From positions 19,282,001 to 19,346,000 of the forward strand of contig NC_047071.1 in assembly GCF_902459465.1 (NCBI RefSeq): a stretch of DNA of 64,000 bases, read 5' to 3'. Positions 35,184-47,600 of the stretch are shown here, in pieces. The DNA comes from Asterias rubens (lineage: Eukaryota). The notes beneath the pieces were generated by a model, which made no database searches, was not told the origin of the DNA, and worked only from the letters and a program-made list of their open reading frames with translations. Each line of letters opens with the position of its first letter. Positions within the stretch are counted from its first letter, which is position 1. The position numbers were made by a program, and so were the translations under genes.

Positions 35184-38100
35184 ATGGATCAGATCAACTT
35201 TGTTGGGTGCATGCTGTCGTTGGACTGTGGTGAATCTCTTGGTACCATCCATGGTGTAGTAACAGACGTCAACAAAGACAAACAGACCATTTCACTGAAG
35301 AAGACGTTTAGAAATGGCGCCCAATGTGATGTCCAAGAAATAACAATCCTGTAAGTTGGATTTGAAACTTTGCATGGTAGAAATACGATATAGGCCCCTA
35401 GAAAGGTTTGCGGTAACACCATGCAATGATAATCTCTAAAAGTTGGGGTGGTTCTGAAAAGAACAGTTGGTTTCAACTTGATGTTTCGATCAGTATGCTC
35501 TGATTGCTTCTGGACAAAGTTGCATGATACTAGAAAGCTTTCTCCAGAAGACTTTCAGAGCATACTGATCGAACGTCGAGTTAGAACTTACAGTTCTTTT
35601 CTCATTTAGAGATAATCATTACATGGTGTTACCGAAAATCCTGTAAGGGGACCATTTCACTGACCTGAGTGGGAAAACAATAATAATAACAACTACCAAT
35701 AATAAATGTTAAATTTGCATTGGTGATGAAGAATAATCTTTGTATTTTTTACCCAGACACCGTAGTGTGTTAAGTTAAGCGCTGCATAATTTATCAAGTC
35801 CAGTATGATAGCCAGTGTAACACTCCAGTGTTTTCTCTCTTGAATGGGGCACAGCATTTTTTCTATGGTAAGGGGCACTTCCAGAGAGGAAAATGTCAAT
35901 TTGTACGGCACCACCACAATGGGCACCACCACAATTGCTGTGGGTTACTTGGAGGCCTGGGTTTGAATTTGTTCACACTGGAGTTTACATAGTCGTCTTG
36001 AATTTGGGAATAATGTTGTATCCATAAATAAAATATTTCTTATATCTTAATGAATAACATTTTTCAGGGCTTCGGACATCAGGGATTTAACAATATTGAA
36101 ATCCCTTGACGAGGAAAACGACCCAACAGGAATAACATCCAAACCCAACACGGACTCGACCCAAAGAAATGGCACAAATGGCATCAGCTATAACAGTATC
36201 CCAAACAATACTAAACAAAACAAACCACAAACTAACGGAGGCGGACAAAGAACGCCCAAGAAACAAGAGCGTCAACAAGGGAATTCAAACAGCCGGACAC
36301 CCACCAAGAGAGAGGACATCCCAAATCATAGCAGCTCAGGTAATAAGTCAGCAATATACTCGGGCAGTCATCACTCAGCATTTCAGAGAGTCCAGAAGGA
36401 TGAGGTCAGAGATCAAGGGTCAGAAGAAGAACGAGAGGTTAACGAGGACAAAGGAAGGAGACAAAGATACCATTCAGGTTAGACTTTTAAAAAAAAATTG
36501 ATGATTACAAATATGAATGTTGTTTAGTATAATAAAGAATATTATTTGGTGTTACTCGTACTCCAACATGTGTATTGTATTGTAGACTCGGTACCTTCCA
36601 CAGTCCTTTGAAAGAAAATAAATAATCCTCATGCATATTACTTGGCTGAGATTCGAACAAACAACCAATGAAACAAATATGGATGGATTCTGCCGGCTTT
36701 TAATTTTTGAAGTTTTATCATGGAACAAAAAATAAAGGGGCTGCTCATAATAAACAAAATCCAAATTACTTTAACTTATGTTAGTTTGCTTATTTTTCAG
36801 GCAATTTTGAGCCCAACCAGAAAGTCAGATCCTCTCCCCGCAAAGTGGAAGGCAGTCAGAAGCAGCGACGAGGTGCTGGAGTCAACGCAAGAAACGCAGA
36901 GTGCTTTAGTGCTCCTGTTGAGTCATACCTCTCCCCAGACTTTGACTTTGACAAGAGCATGAAGTCCTTCAACAAGGCTGCTATTTTTGAAGAATTTGCC
37001 TCGACGATGTCTAGCGGTGATGGCAAGAGGAAGTCTAAGAATATCCCCCATGATGAGGACATCATATTAGATAACATTCCAACGTTTGTTCATGATAAGG
37101 GGCATGGGCAAGTAAAGTGCTCTTCTTATACCTCAGGTAAAGATCTTCTTTCTTTTTTTTATTTATAAAAGTTGTTTTTCTCCGTTCATCTTTCTTGAGC
37201 AGGAAGGAACAGGGCAGGAATACCTGCACAAAATAAAAGTTGTTTCTTGTAAAAGGTGCTTGCAATGAACCAGAAACACCAGGGTTAACTCTTACTCTTA
37301 CACGCTTAAGTGTTCTGGGTTCTTTAATATTCACTACCAATCCTAGCACATGTGACCTAGGGCTTAACTTCCCACCCGAAGGACAATGCAATAGACTGAT
37401 CCATTAAGCTCTGTCCCCATTGCGTATTGACCAATCACAACGCAACGAAGGTCTGACAAATAAGGTCCGATATGCGTGCGCGTATCTTGGCGCGCGCAGC
37501 AGAGTTGTGCAGAAAGGCATTGGGGAGCCCCACGTGTTGTTGCTCACAAGTGCGTTGTGGGCAAAACTTACTGGATTGGTCTATTGTGCCCTGGACATGT
37601 GGCCCAAGTTCTAGTTGCAGTCAATCAGTAATGATGTTGATTATCTGACATTGAGGCTTTACACTCTTTACTTACTCAATTAAGTTCAATTTGTCAGCTT
37701 GTTGAACTGCTGTTGGTGTTCAAAACAAAGATTTTTTGGGGAAAGCTCTTTTGAGTACTGCTTGCACAAAATAAAATTCTTGTAAAGGGTGCTTGCAATG
37801 AACCAGAAGCACCATGTTAAACATGGCGTCTATCCAACAAAATTGTTTTGATTTTTGGTTAACAAATTCCTCGGCCTGTGTTTCTAAAATAAATTATATT
37901 TGGTACTGAATATTTGATTATATATAAAACAGAATCTGGTGTAGTTGTTCTCACTTTTGTTTTGATCTTGAGTTACAAAATGCCTCGGCCTGTATTTCTA
38001 AAATAAATTCTAAATTGTACTGAATATTTGTTTGAATATATAACAGAGTCTGGTGTGGTTGTTCCCGCTGTGACTGTGGATGTGGTCCAGAGGTTATTCC

Positions 38101-40515
38101 AAGCAGCTGAGAAGCTTGGCTTGACTACCGAGAGGAGACTGGAGGCAGGAGGTGTTTGCATTGCTAGGATGGCTCTGCATCTCATCGGTGGCAAAACAAG
38201 GTACATAGACAACCCAAACCCATCATTAAGGCCGAGTCACACTGCAGCGATAAGGAAAACGATAACAAAGCTATTTCACAAAGCTCTAGAATTCATCTTA
38301 TGATGAGTTGTCAGTATGACCAAGGTGATTTGTGTTGTAGCGTCACACTTTGCTAAGCAATTAAGATTGATTTGGGGTTGAACAAGAAATAAATTTACTT
38401 GAGCATGATTTTGACCATCGACCTCCGGATTACAGGCTGGTGTTCTACCAACTGAGCTATCTAGCCCTATGTTGGCAGTCTCCCTATTTTTGTCAATATC
38501 TCTGTTCTGGGGTTATTCGCAGTTTAGACCAATCTTAAGTCTTTGTGAAATCTAGCCCGTCTTTGGTTGGCTCAGGTCTAGGCATGTAAGCTTCATCACA
38601 AAGAACACGGAAGCAAGAAAACGAAAATTTAAAGGTTTTCAGATAATGAGATGCTTGGAATCGTTTTGTGATGCCAGTGTACAATCTAAGTATCCTTTAC
38701 CTGCATTGCATGTAAAACAAACTTTGTTTCTTGCTGAATCTATCTCAGATATTCACACAAATTTCTCTGTGTTTTCATTAATTCTCTCTCATCACATAAT
38801 TACAAAATCTAGGTAAGACGTTTAAGGTCTTGAATTTCGTTTTTGAAGGGACGCATCCATTTTCGTCTGTTAAGGGGCACTTCTATGAGGATATAGTAAA
38901 TTTTTAGTGATACTTTGCAAAGGGCACCACAGCAAAAGCACAAGGCACCACATAAATTGATGTGGATGCCAAGGCCTTCAGGATGCCATGGATTATTTCA
39001 AGTGCCTTTTATGCACAGGCACAACCATTTACTTAAAGTCACCTGGAAATATAATTTTTTTTCTTTCAAACATAAGAGTATATGCTTACGAACAATAAAA
39101 CAGCTTTTTTAGTAATTTTTTGTCACGATTTATATGTTTAAAAAATATATAAAGTTGTTTGGGGGGCTGACTCCGCCTACCCCTTTTGTGACGTCAATCG
39201 AGGCAGACTTTGCCTGCAATGCGTATAGTAAACACACGTGCAAAGTACATGTACGTCCAAGTTGTGAGTTGGTACATTTCAAAAAGTGTTTTTCTGCATT
39301 CAGCAGCAATACACCTGGTCGGCATTGCCGGAAAAAAAACAATTTTTTTTTTTTTTTGAAACGTACAAACTCACGACTTGGTCCGTACATGTACTTTGCA
39401 ATTGTATTTACTCTACGCATTACAGGTATAGTCTGCCTCGATTGACGTCACAAACAGCGCCCTCTCGGGTCGGGGTCTACTCCTAAGTTTGTAAATAACA
39501 TAAGAACTGATTTTTTAAAACCTTAGTTAACTGTTTATTCACATTCCACTCATCAAAACACATATATTAGTGACAAAAGCTTTATGTTGAAAAAATACCA
39601 CTTCCAGGTGACTTTAATAACTCTGTTTTTGATTTTTGTTTTCCCTGGAACACAGCCCACCGTCTATTTTAGTGGTTTGCGGTCCACACCTCCAGGGTGC
39701 TCAGGGTATCAACTGCGCCCGCCACTTGGCCAATCACAACGCCAACGTCAGTCTTTTCATTCCTAACTTTGCCAAGATGCCTGACGTGCTGATGACAGAG
39801 CTCCGTTTATTCAAAGAGACTGGTGGATTCCACGTCACAAGTATTAAAGGTGAGATCAAAAAATGAATCTATTTTGTCCCCGTCTGATTTTGTAAATAAC
39901 CACTGTTTAAATGTTCACTAGTGTGACACACCGTAAACAGTGCCAATGTCACACAGTTTGGCACAAACTTACAGTTAAAAAAGTGTTGTTGTTTTTAAAG
40001 CTCTCCTTCTCATCGCTTGATGCACTGATAAACCCAGTTTAGAGTTTTGGCAGGAAGTGCCTAGTTTTTGGCTTGGAGCATCACAAATGTTAAAATATGC
40101 CATTGAGGGAAATTTAATTCTCTGAATGCATAATGTCTCTGTGGAAAAAGTAGTCAAAAGATTTTCTTTTAATTTTGTCACACTAGATTTACCGGAAGCA
40201 CCTCATGATGTGATCATTAACGCCTTGGACAGCTCTAACGACACCTTGTTATCAAAGCAACCATGGCACAGGAGCATCGTCAGCTGGGTGGACAACAACA
40301 AGGCGTCAGTGTTGTCCATCGACCCAACCCTAGACCACAGTGTCAGGAGTAAGTGGTCAGTGATCACAGCGCTACCTCTGTCGTACAATAACACCAACAC
40401 TGGTATGCTGTATCTCTGCGATGTTGGAATCCCAAGTAAAGTGTTCAGCATGGTCGGAGTTGACTACGTTACTCCCTTCAGAAATAAGTTTGTGGTTCTC
40501 CTCCACAATCGTTAG
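35184..40515 (+). CDS. EDC3: Enhancer of mRNA decapping 3 (~529 aa)
   Basis: Exons 35184-35350, 36068-36477, 36801-37136, 38047-38200, 39656-39849, 40187-40515. N-terminal LSm domain, FDF motif (DFDFDKSMKSFNKAAIFEEF), YjeF_N domain (CGPHLQGAQG, VLSIDP, LYLCDVGIP). The exon 4/5 junction is uncertain (see findings). Confidence 0.93.
35405..35642. mobile_element. MITE with TIR ggtttgcggtaacaccatg
   Basis: Second copy at about 51883-52074; internal inverted repeat with hammerhead-like remnants. Confidence 0.75.
37305..37390 (-). mobile_element. Probable DeuSINE-domain fragment
   Basis: Reverse complement gtccttcgggtgggaagttaagccctaggtcac...aaagaacccagaacactt resembles my recollection of the Deu domain; not verified by search. 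Confidence 0.4.
38374..38502 (-). mobile_element. Degenerate copy of the tRNA-like cassette
   Basis: Reverse complement: ccccagaacagagatattgacaaaaatagggagactgccaacatagggctagatagctcagttggtagaac... Confidence 0.7.
39033..39617 (+). mobile_element. TTAA MITE family C with ~85-bp internal inverted repeat
   Basis: TTAA|AGTCACCTGGAA ... TTCCAGGTGACT|TTAA; second copy at 47087-48013. Confidence 0.9.
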
Positions 40516-42530
40516 ATGTGGTCAATTTAAATTCAGCAATCATGTCAAAAGATCATTCATCGAACTTGAAAGCGTTCACCGGATAAAATCAGGGCCCATT
40601 ATCATACCAAGTGCATGACAAAAAAAAGGAACCGAGTAAAAACAAGTGGTTTCCAGTTATAGATGTTGGACAATACATGGTTTCTTGGCTGGTAACCTTG
40701 GCCTATTTTTATGGCCCTAATTACCACAGATTTATGAGCTTTTGCAACCCCCCCACCCCACCCAAAAAGTGACATACATATTGTTGGTTTTACTTCAAAC
40801 AAATAATGTCACAAAATATTGTTTTACAGTGTATTGTTAAAGATGACATGGTTTTTAAATGTTTGCCATTTGTCATAATATTATTAAAATATGGGTTCAA
40901 AAAAGATAAATTTACTGAGCTATCTAGGCAGTCTCCCTATTTTGTCAATGTCTTTGTTCAGGGATTTAGGAAATAGGAAAACTGCCATATTCAATGTGAG
41001 ATTGCTCCAGAGGTATGCAATTTCAAGTACCACTTTAGTCAATTTGTATTTTTTCAACCCAAAATGATTTACCCGGTCAGTTTCTCTTACATTTTATTTA
41101 TTAGAATGATTGACACCGGCTTTAAGAAGCAGCTTGTGAATATAGATTATAAGTATTTTCTTTTGCTTGACAGTCCATGCATCAAGTATGATGCAGTTTG
41201 TGAATTACTGACAATTCTATGTGAAGACAGCGAACTATTTTTCGTTAAATGTCTACAAATGTATCTTTTAGGCTGGTATATAAAATTAGGACTTAGGGAG
41301 CTTTGGGTCATTTGTAAAAGTGAAAAAGCCATGGCCGCATACATAAGCAGTGTTGTGGATAGTTGCCTTAATATGGATTTTGCGTTACTTGTGAACCAGC
41401 TTTAAGTGTAGGAAAGACTCTAAATTCTTGTTTCCATCTTGTTTTTTGTTTTTTCTTCTTAGAAAATGCTTCTAAGTTGTACAATGAATGACTGCTGTTT
41501 AATAGTCACAAAAGTTATTGTCTGAGTTGGCACAGAAAGAACAAGTGCTCTGTACGCTAGTGGTGTACATGTACAAAAGCCTCCAAGTGACGGTGGAAAG
41601 TGGCAATATATTTGTACAGTGTTCCTGTTTGAACCTTATACCTGTTCAGAGAGTAACATTCCTCTAACTATTGCTGTTTGGTGAATTGTAAGCTACAACT
41701 CATTTACAATGTACATCTTTTGGTTTCTTTAAAGGAAAGAAGAAGCACTTCTTAGGACATTGTCACACCAAAAAGTTGTCTAGGAATTTATGAATGAAAG
41801 TTTTTGTATGTCATTATGGAAGTTGAAAATTGTATTAGCAGGCCTGATGCTTCGATTTTGAAAAGGGAAGGGCACCTTCTTCTCATTGGTAATGCAGAGA
41901 AAAAAAAACATATTTGAACATTTCAAGGGGCACCCAAGGCAAAGGCTATGGACAGTATGAGCAATTGCCTCTGTTGCCCTTTGTGAAGTATCTGGCCTGT
42001 ATTCATGACCTTATTTCTCAAATCCAAATCCGAGTTCTCGATTTGGAATCTGAGTCTTCAGTCTGAGTCACAAAAGTGTGTCTGGAGTTGGACTTGAGTC
42101 CGGGTTATGAGTCGTACAACTCTGGGAATTTCTACATATTATTTGTGTTTCTTGAAAAAGAACAAAAAGTTAAAAAGAAAAAGAACATCCAGTTTTACCT
42201 CAGTTTTATAAAGATAGTTAAGTTAAAATATAAAGAGAAGATATTTTTTAACATGGAAATACTTTCTGGTTTGGTACTTTTGGTTACATAAATGACATGT
42301 ATGGTTTTGATAAACATTAAGTATTTTATAAGAACAAATGTGAAGGTTGTTTTCACTTTATAAAGTAAATTATCCTGTTCTTTTAGCGAACATTTTAAAA
42401 TAACCTTTGTGTTTGAACTAAAAACTTTTGTACTGATCATTGATGGTGGTACATCAGTATATTTCGAAAAAGTACAGTAACTCTTTTCTATTAATATTTC
42501 CCCCTCATAAGCTTTGAATCACAAGGATAC

Positions 42531-42577
<47 letters not shown>

Positions 42578-42917
42578 CTGTTTTTATATAGCACTTTTCA
42601 CACCCGGAGGACGTCCCAAAGCGCTTCACATTATTACCCCTGGTTGTGCCTTAATTCACTCCTTAAACCATCTCAGCTCCCTGGTGGGGAGTATGCAGCC
42701 TGTGCAACATTAATATGCGCTACTCGGCTAAATCAATCACAAGAACCATCTCTGCCCTCACAGGTACCCATTTACCCCTGGGTGGAGAGAAGCAATTATA
42801 GTTAAGTGTCTTGCTCAGGGACACAAGTGTCACGACCGGGATTCGAACCCACACTCTGCTGAACAGAAGCATCAGAGCTTGAGTTCGGTTGTCTTATCCG
42901 CTCGGCCGCGACACCCC
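42531..42917 (-). mobile_element. tRNA-Leu(CAA)-derived SINE, full length, with (ATT)n tail
   Basis: Head ggccgagcggataag...actcaag...gggttcgaatcc resembles tRNA-Leu; body gtgtccctgagcaagacactt...aaatgggtacc; tail gaagcgctttg...gaaaagtgctatataaa plus an ATT microsatellite (42531-42577). Confidence 0.85.
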
Positions 42918-44603
42918 ACATAAGAACTTATGTACAGTACATGTACCCCATGTTGTTTAATGTACCCATTTTCAGAGGTAACTTACCTTGAACATTTCTG
43001 GGGGTTTTTAATATATAAAAAAAAGCATCTTAGTTATTTTTGGAAATCCAAACCATGGAATGTATTTTCTGTTATTTTATGTTATGGTTTGAAGACGAGA
43101 CTTGGTGTTACTGATAACATACTGTTACTGATAAAGACCTGCAGCCGATTTCATGAAACGCTAAGATTAATCCTATCTCGAGTTAGGAGTTAGGACGAGT
43201 AACCCGTCATAACTTAGGATGGGTTTAATTTGTCCTTAACATGTTCTGATACGGAACTAAACTCATTTTGAGTCCTAAGATTAATCCTAAGTTAGGAAGA
43301 GTTTGGTTAAATCGACGGCACTATTCTCACTTGGTGTATCCAAGAAACCTGTGAAAATTTGGGCTCAATTGTTCATAGAATTTGCAAAATGAAAAAAAAA
43401 CACTATTGTTGCATTACTTTGTATGCTTTCAGATGCATAGTAAAAGGCTTCAGCTACAGTCTTTTATTATTTTGATTGAGAAATTTGTCAGTTGCCACCC
43501 ATAGTTGTACGCCATTGTATCCTTATTGGTACATGTATTTAAGATGTAATTCTCAGGTTTGCATTGTTGCCTTCTGTCATTTCATGTTGAAAAAATTGAC
43601 AAGAGAATTTTGGATACAAATAATAAGAACAAATTGTTGAAAACTCTCAAGAGTAGTTGTAGCCCCTTGGACACGGCCTCAGACTCTTCAAATCTCATAA
43701 AAAAGGTTAACTTGGAATTTCCACAAATCTTTCTCTTTGTTTTACCCCCATCATGCAAAGATGCAAGCTCTACTTATTGAACTGTCTTTTACTGATCCAA
43801 GACCTAAAAGAATCAAACTAATTTTCAATTGGGTTTGGAAGAGGTCCATTTATATGTCTATTAGGGTTTCCTTCATCAATGATTTCGTGATAAAAGTTGT
43901 GATTTCCTTTACGTATTTGTGTGCTACAAGATCGCTGAATAAAATGCTTTCAAAGGCTTACCACAATGAAAGAGTTCTCGAGAATATTTTGTGTAAAGGA
44001 TGTCGCAGGATACACCATGTCCATGTGGGGACAGAGGACACCCCTCCCCCCCCCCCCCAATGTTTACAAAATGCATTTTCTTCTTGTACAGAAAATATCC
44101 CCCTCCCCACACCACCAAAAACAAAACAAAAAACATCTTCCTGCGAATTGAGAGATGTGTAGGCCTACAATCTTTTGTCATGGAAAGGGGGGGGGCATTT
44201 TTTTTTCTTTGGATAATTACTGAAATATTTCTGTAGATAATTGGCTTTGTTATGAAATTATAATTGATTTTTTTATTAGATTGTTATGAATCAATCAATC
44301 TATTTAATTTACAACATCAAACTATGGGTGTAATTCTTCATAGACTCGTTTCATTTTTTAAAAGCGTTGGAAAATTCTCGATTTTGCTCCATGATACCAT
44401 GGAGCAATAGGGATGATACAATGCAGCATTGCCTAATATAACAGTCGTCTGATTTTCATTTCCCCTACCCTGCGGCTGTTCGGTAAAATCGTGACGTCAC
44501 ATTCTGCCATTTTCACCATTCATTTATACACACCATTCATCTACACAGGAGATTTAGCCAGAGAGCCCCTCTCTTTTATCGGTAGAAACCCGTGTGAATC
44601 GCA

Positions 44604-47600
44604 ATGAACGGGAATCCAATATTCGCAGACCAGGGGCCTCTACCAACATTTGGGCATCTCACAAATTCTCCCGCAAACTCCCTGGGTTCCAAGGACTTGA
44701 AAATAACCCCGGAGTTGGTGAATCGTAATCAAAATCAAGACAGTTTTCCTGTGATATTGGCTGGAGTTGCTAGTGGGGATCTCTCAAATCAAGATGGCGG
44801 CAGTGAAGACAGCGACGAACGGGGAAAAGTTGCACATAATTTGTCGTGCCAGAAGAATTGTGTGGACAGACTTCCCGATGACATTCTTATGTTCGTCGGC
44901 GAAGGGAATGACGATGACAGCAACAGTTCACACACCGCCGTGAATGTTGCTTTGGAATCCTCTTTTTTAGAGGGTCAGAACGCTGTAATTTTGCCGCTAG
45001 ACAGTGACTTGCACTTGCGCGGAGTCCGGGGGCATGATGAAATAGATAGCCCCGTGAATTTGAACCACACAGCGGATGAACACAACCCGGAAGTAGTGGC
45101 CTCCATGGCGCTACCGATACCGGTTGCAATTGTGCAGCACCACGATACAGTTCCAATGCTACTTTCTTCCAAGTCCAACTCCCCCAAAATAGACTCTATG
45201 GGTGTGAACACATCTAAGATGATGGATCCTGAAGTGGGTGGCGGTAGCAATCACCAGAGACTTGCAACTACATTGGCCACCATGTCTGCTGCCGGAGGAG
45301 TGGGAGGGGCGTCAGTCCTCGATTTGGGGGATGGCAGCGGTTTTAATGTTCGCGATTTGAACTTGGTCGGTCTTCCAGAAAATGCGGGGATCGTGAATGT
45401 TATTCCAGGAGTGAATATGTCTCCAGGAGAACTGGTCACAAGTATTCCATCTCCTTCCACTGTTTGTCTTGAACCATCAACTTCTGAGACTGTCCACAAG
45501 ACTGTCGTCTGTAATGAACCGACGTCAGAGTTGAGCGTGACGGCACCACTGTCAAATTCTACCGTCACAATACCCACGATCATCGATCCGCACGCTGTGA
45601 GCATTTTGAATCCTGGTCAGTTGGAACTTAACGTAGCAACAATCCCAGTCAGCGGTGCTTCGCTTGGTCAACCCATCATGTACGTCATAACAAGCCGAGA
45701 CCGAAACACTGGCGCCACCCAGCGATTCCGCGTCACTGTGGATGCTGAATCTGTAGCAACAGCCCCCATCGGGACTATATCACTTAATGGGGAGTTACCC
45801 TCGCTGCAGATTGGTAGTCACTGGGTTGTTGAGCAGCAGTCTGCAGTCCCAGTGGCTGGATTAGTTAGCGGAAATATTGTATCTGCAGATGGTGCAACAG
45901 GAGTTGCAGGTGTTGTTGATGGAGGTGGAGACAACGCAACTGTTACTTTGAACACTCAAGTAGTCCCAAGCTTAGAAACAGAATCTGCAACGGCTCGGCT
46001 AATAAAGACTGAATTAGGTACAGCAATGAAACTGTTAACGTCGTTCATTAATTTCTCTATAACCATGCATGCCCGATATGTTGCAAAGGGAGGGAGTTAC
46101 CACCCACTAACCCACCCCAAAAACAATTCCCTTAGCTATATATTAGCAAAGTTGTTTTTACTCTTGGCTTAAAACAGTAACACAATGAATGTCAGTCACT
46201 TCATACCCAATTCACTTCGCACCCAAGTCAACTCTACATAACTTGTCCATGCCAGCATGAAAGTAAATAATTGATGCATAACCCAGGCATAGTGATTGAC
46301 ACACGAGAATAAAACACAGTTTTGATCCCTTTTTTCAGTGAACTCAAATTTGGCAATTACCAATTTCATACATCATGCACGCCTATGATAATTAGGTCCT
46401 TTGCTTGGAAAGGTCTTTTGTCACATTGTTTGTCGATACTGACAAATTAGGGAGATGGCCAATATTGGGGCTAAACAGCTCAGTTAGTTTCCGGATGTTA
46501 ATCCGGAGGCCAGAGGTTCAAGTCCCACACTAGTCATTTTGTCTTTGTTCAAACAAAAACAGTATTTTATTGAAACACGAGAATTGTTCAAAAGTTACAC
46601 TCTTTTTAATGTCACCTATATTTTGTTCCTTATTTCAGAATCTGGTGATGCATCTGAGAACTACACAACAGGTTACCTCCGGAACAAACGGAATGTCAAA
46701 GATGTAAGATCCAAGTTTGCCAAATTGCCTTACCAGGAGCAATAGACCTTAATAATGCTGCCTCCTTCTTGGTCATGTTATTTGTATCCAATAGCAGAAA
46801 TCCACTGCTAAGAAAGGAACCAGACAATTTTTCTTCCAGCCTCAGTTTGGTTACAATGGTTCGAATTGGAAAAAAATCAAGATGGCCACACCATGATAAA
46901 GGTCTTAGTTTTGTCCTCAGGAATGTTTTTATTTATAACCATGACAACCATATAGCCGTGTGATTAATGTGATTATGTCTCTAACATTCTGTATGTTGAG
47001 AATCATCATTGTCTTTTTGTAGGCCTACATAACGGTTGTTATCTCAAAGATTTTCTCATCTATTTGATGACTTAATAAACCAAGTTTTAAAGTCACCTGG
47101 AAATAGAATTTTTTTTCTTTCAAACATAAGGCCGAGTAAAAATACAAACATGTTTCACGTCCGGATTTTTCAAAAAAAGGAGGAAGAGTGGCTTTTTATT
47201 TTTTATTTTTTATTTCAAGATGGCCGCCATTCTTTGTTAAAATGTCAAATATCCATTGTTTTTTCTTCTTCTGAAATACACAAAACATAAATGAAACAAT
47301 TTAGTCGAGGCATTCACTGAGATCATTTAAAATAACCCTATTTCAAAAAAAAAAAATTTTTTTAAATGTGCATACAATTTTTTTAATAAAAAATAAAATA
47401 AAAAAGGAGGCGGCCTGTAAAAAGGAAGCGGGCGGGGACGCGAAACATGTTTTTTTTTTTACTTGGCCTAAGAGTATATGCTTACGAACAATAAAACAAT
47501 TTTTTTAGTAATTGTTTGTCACGATTTATATGTTTAAAAAAAAATATATATAGTTGTTTGGGGGGGCTGACTCCGCCTACCCCTTTTGTGACGTCAATCG

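Noticed and set aside
38300-38370. C/D box snoRNA (ATGATGA start)
   Set aside because: No terminal CTGA box D and no closing stem.
41064-41405. 113-aa intergenic ORF, and 43737-44162
   Set aside because: Low-complexity AT-rich composition, no recognisable motif, no splice context.
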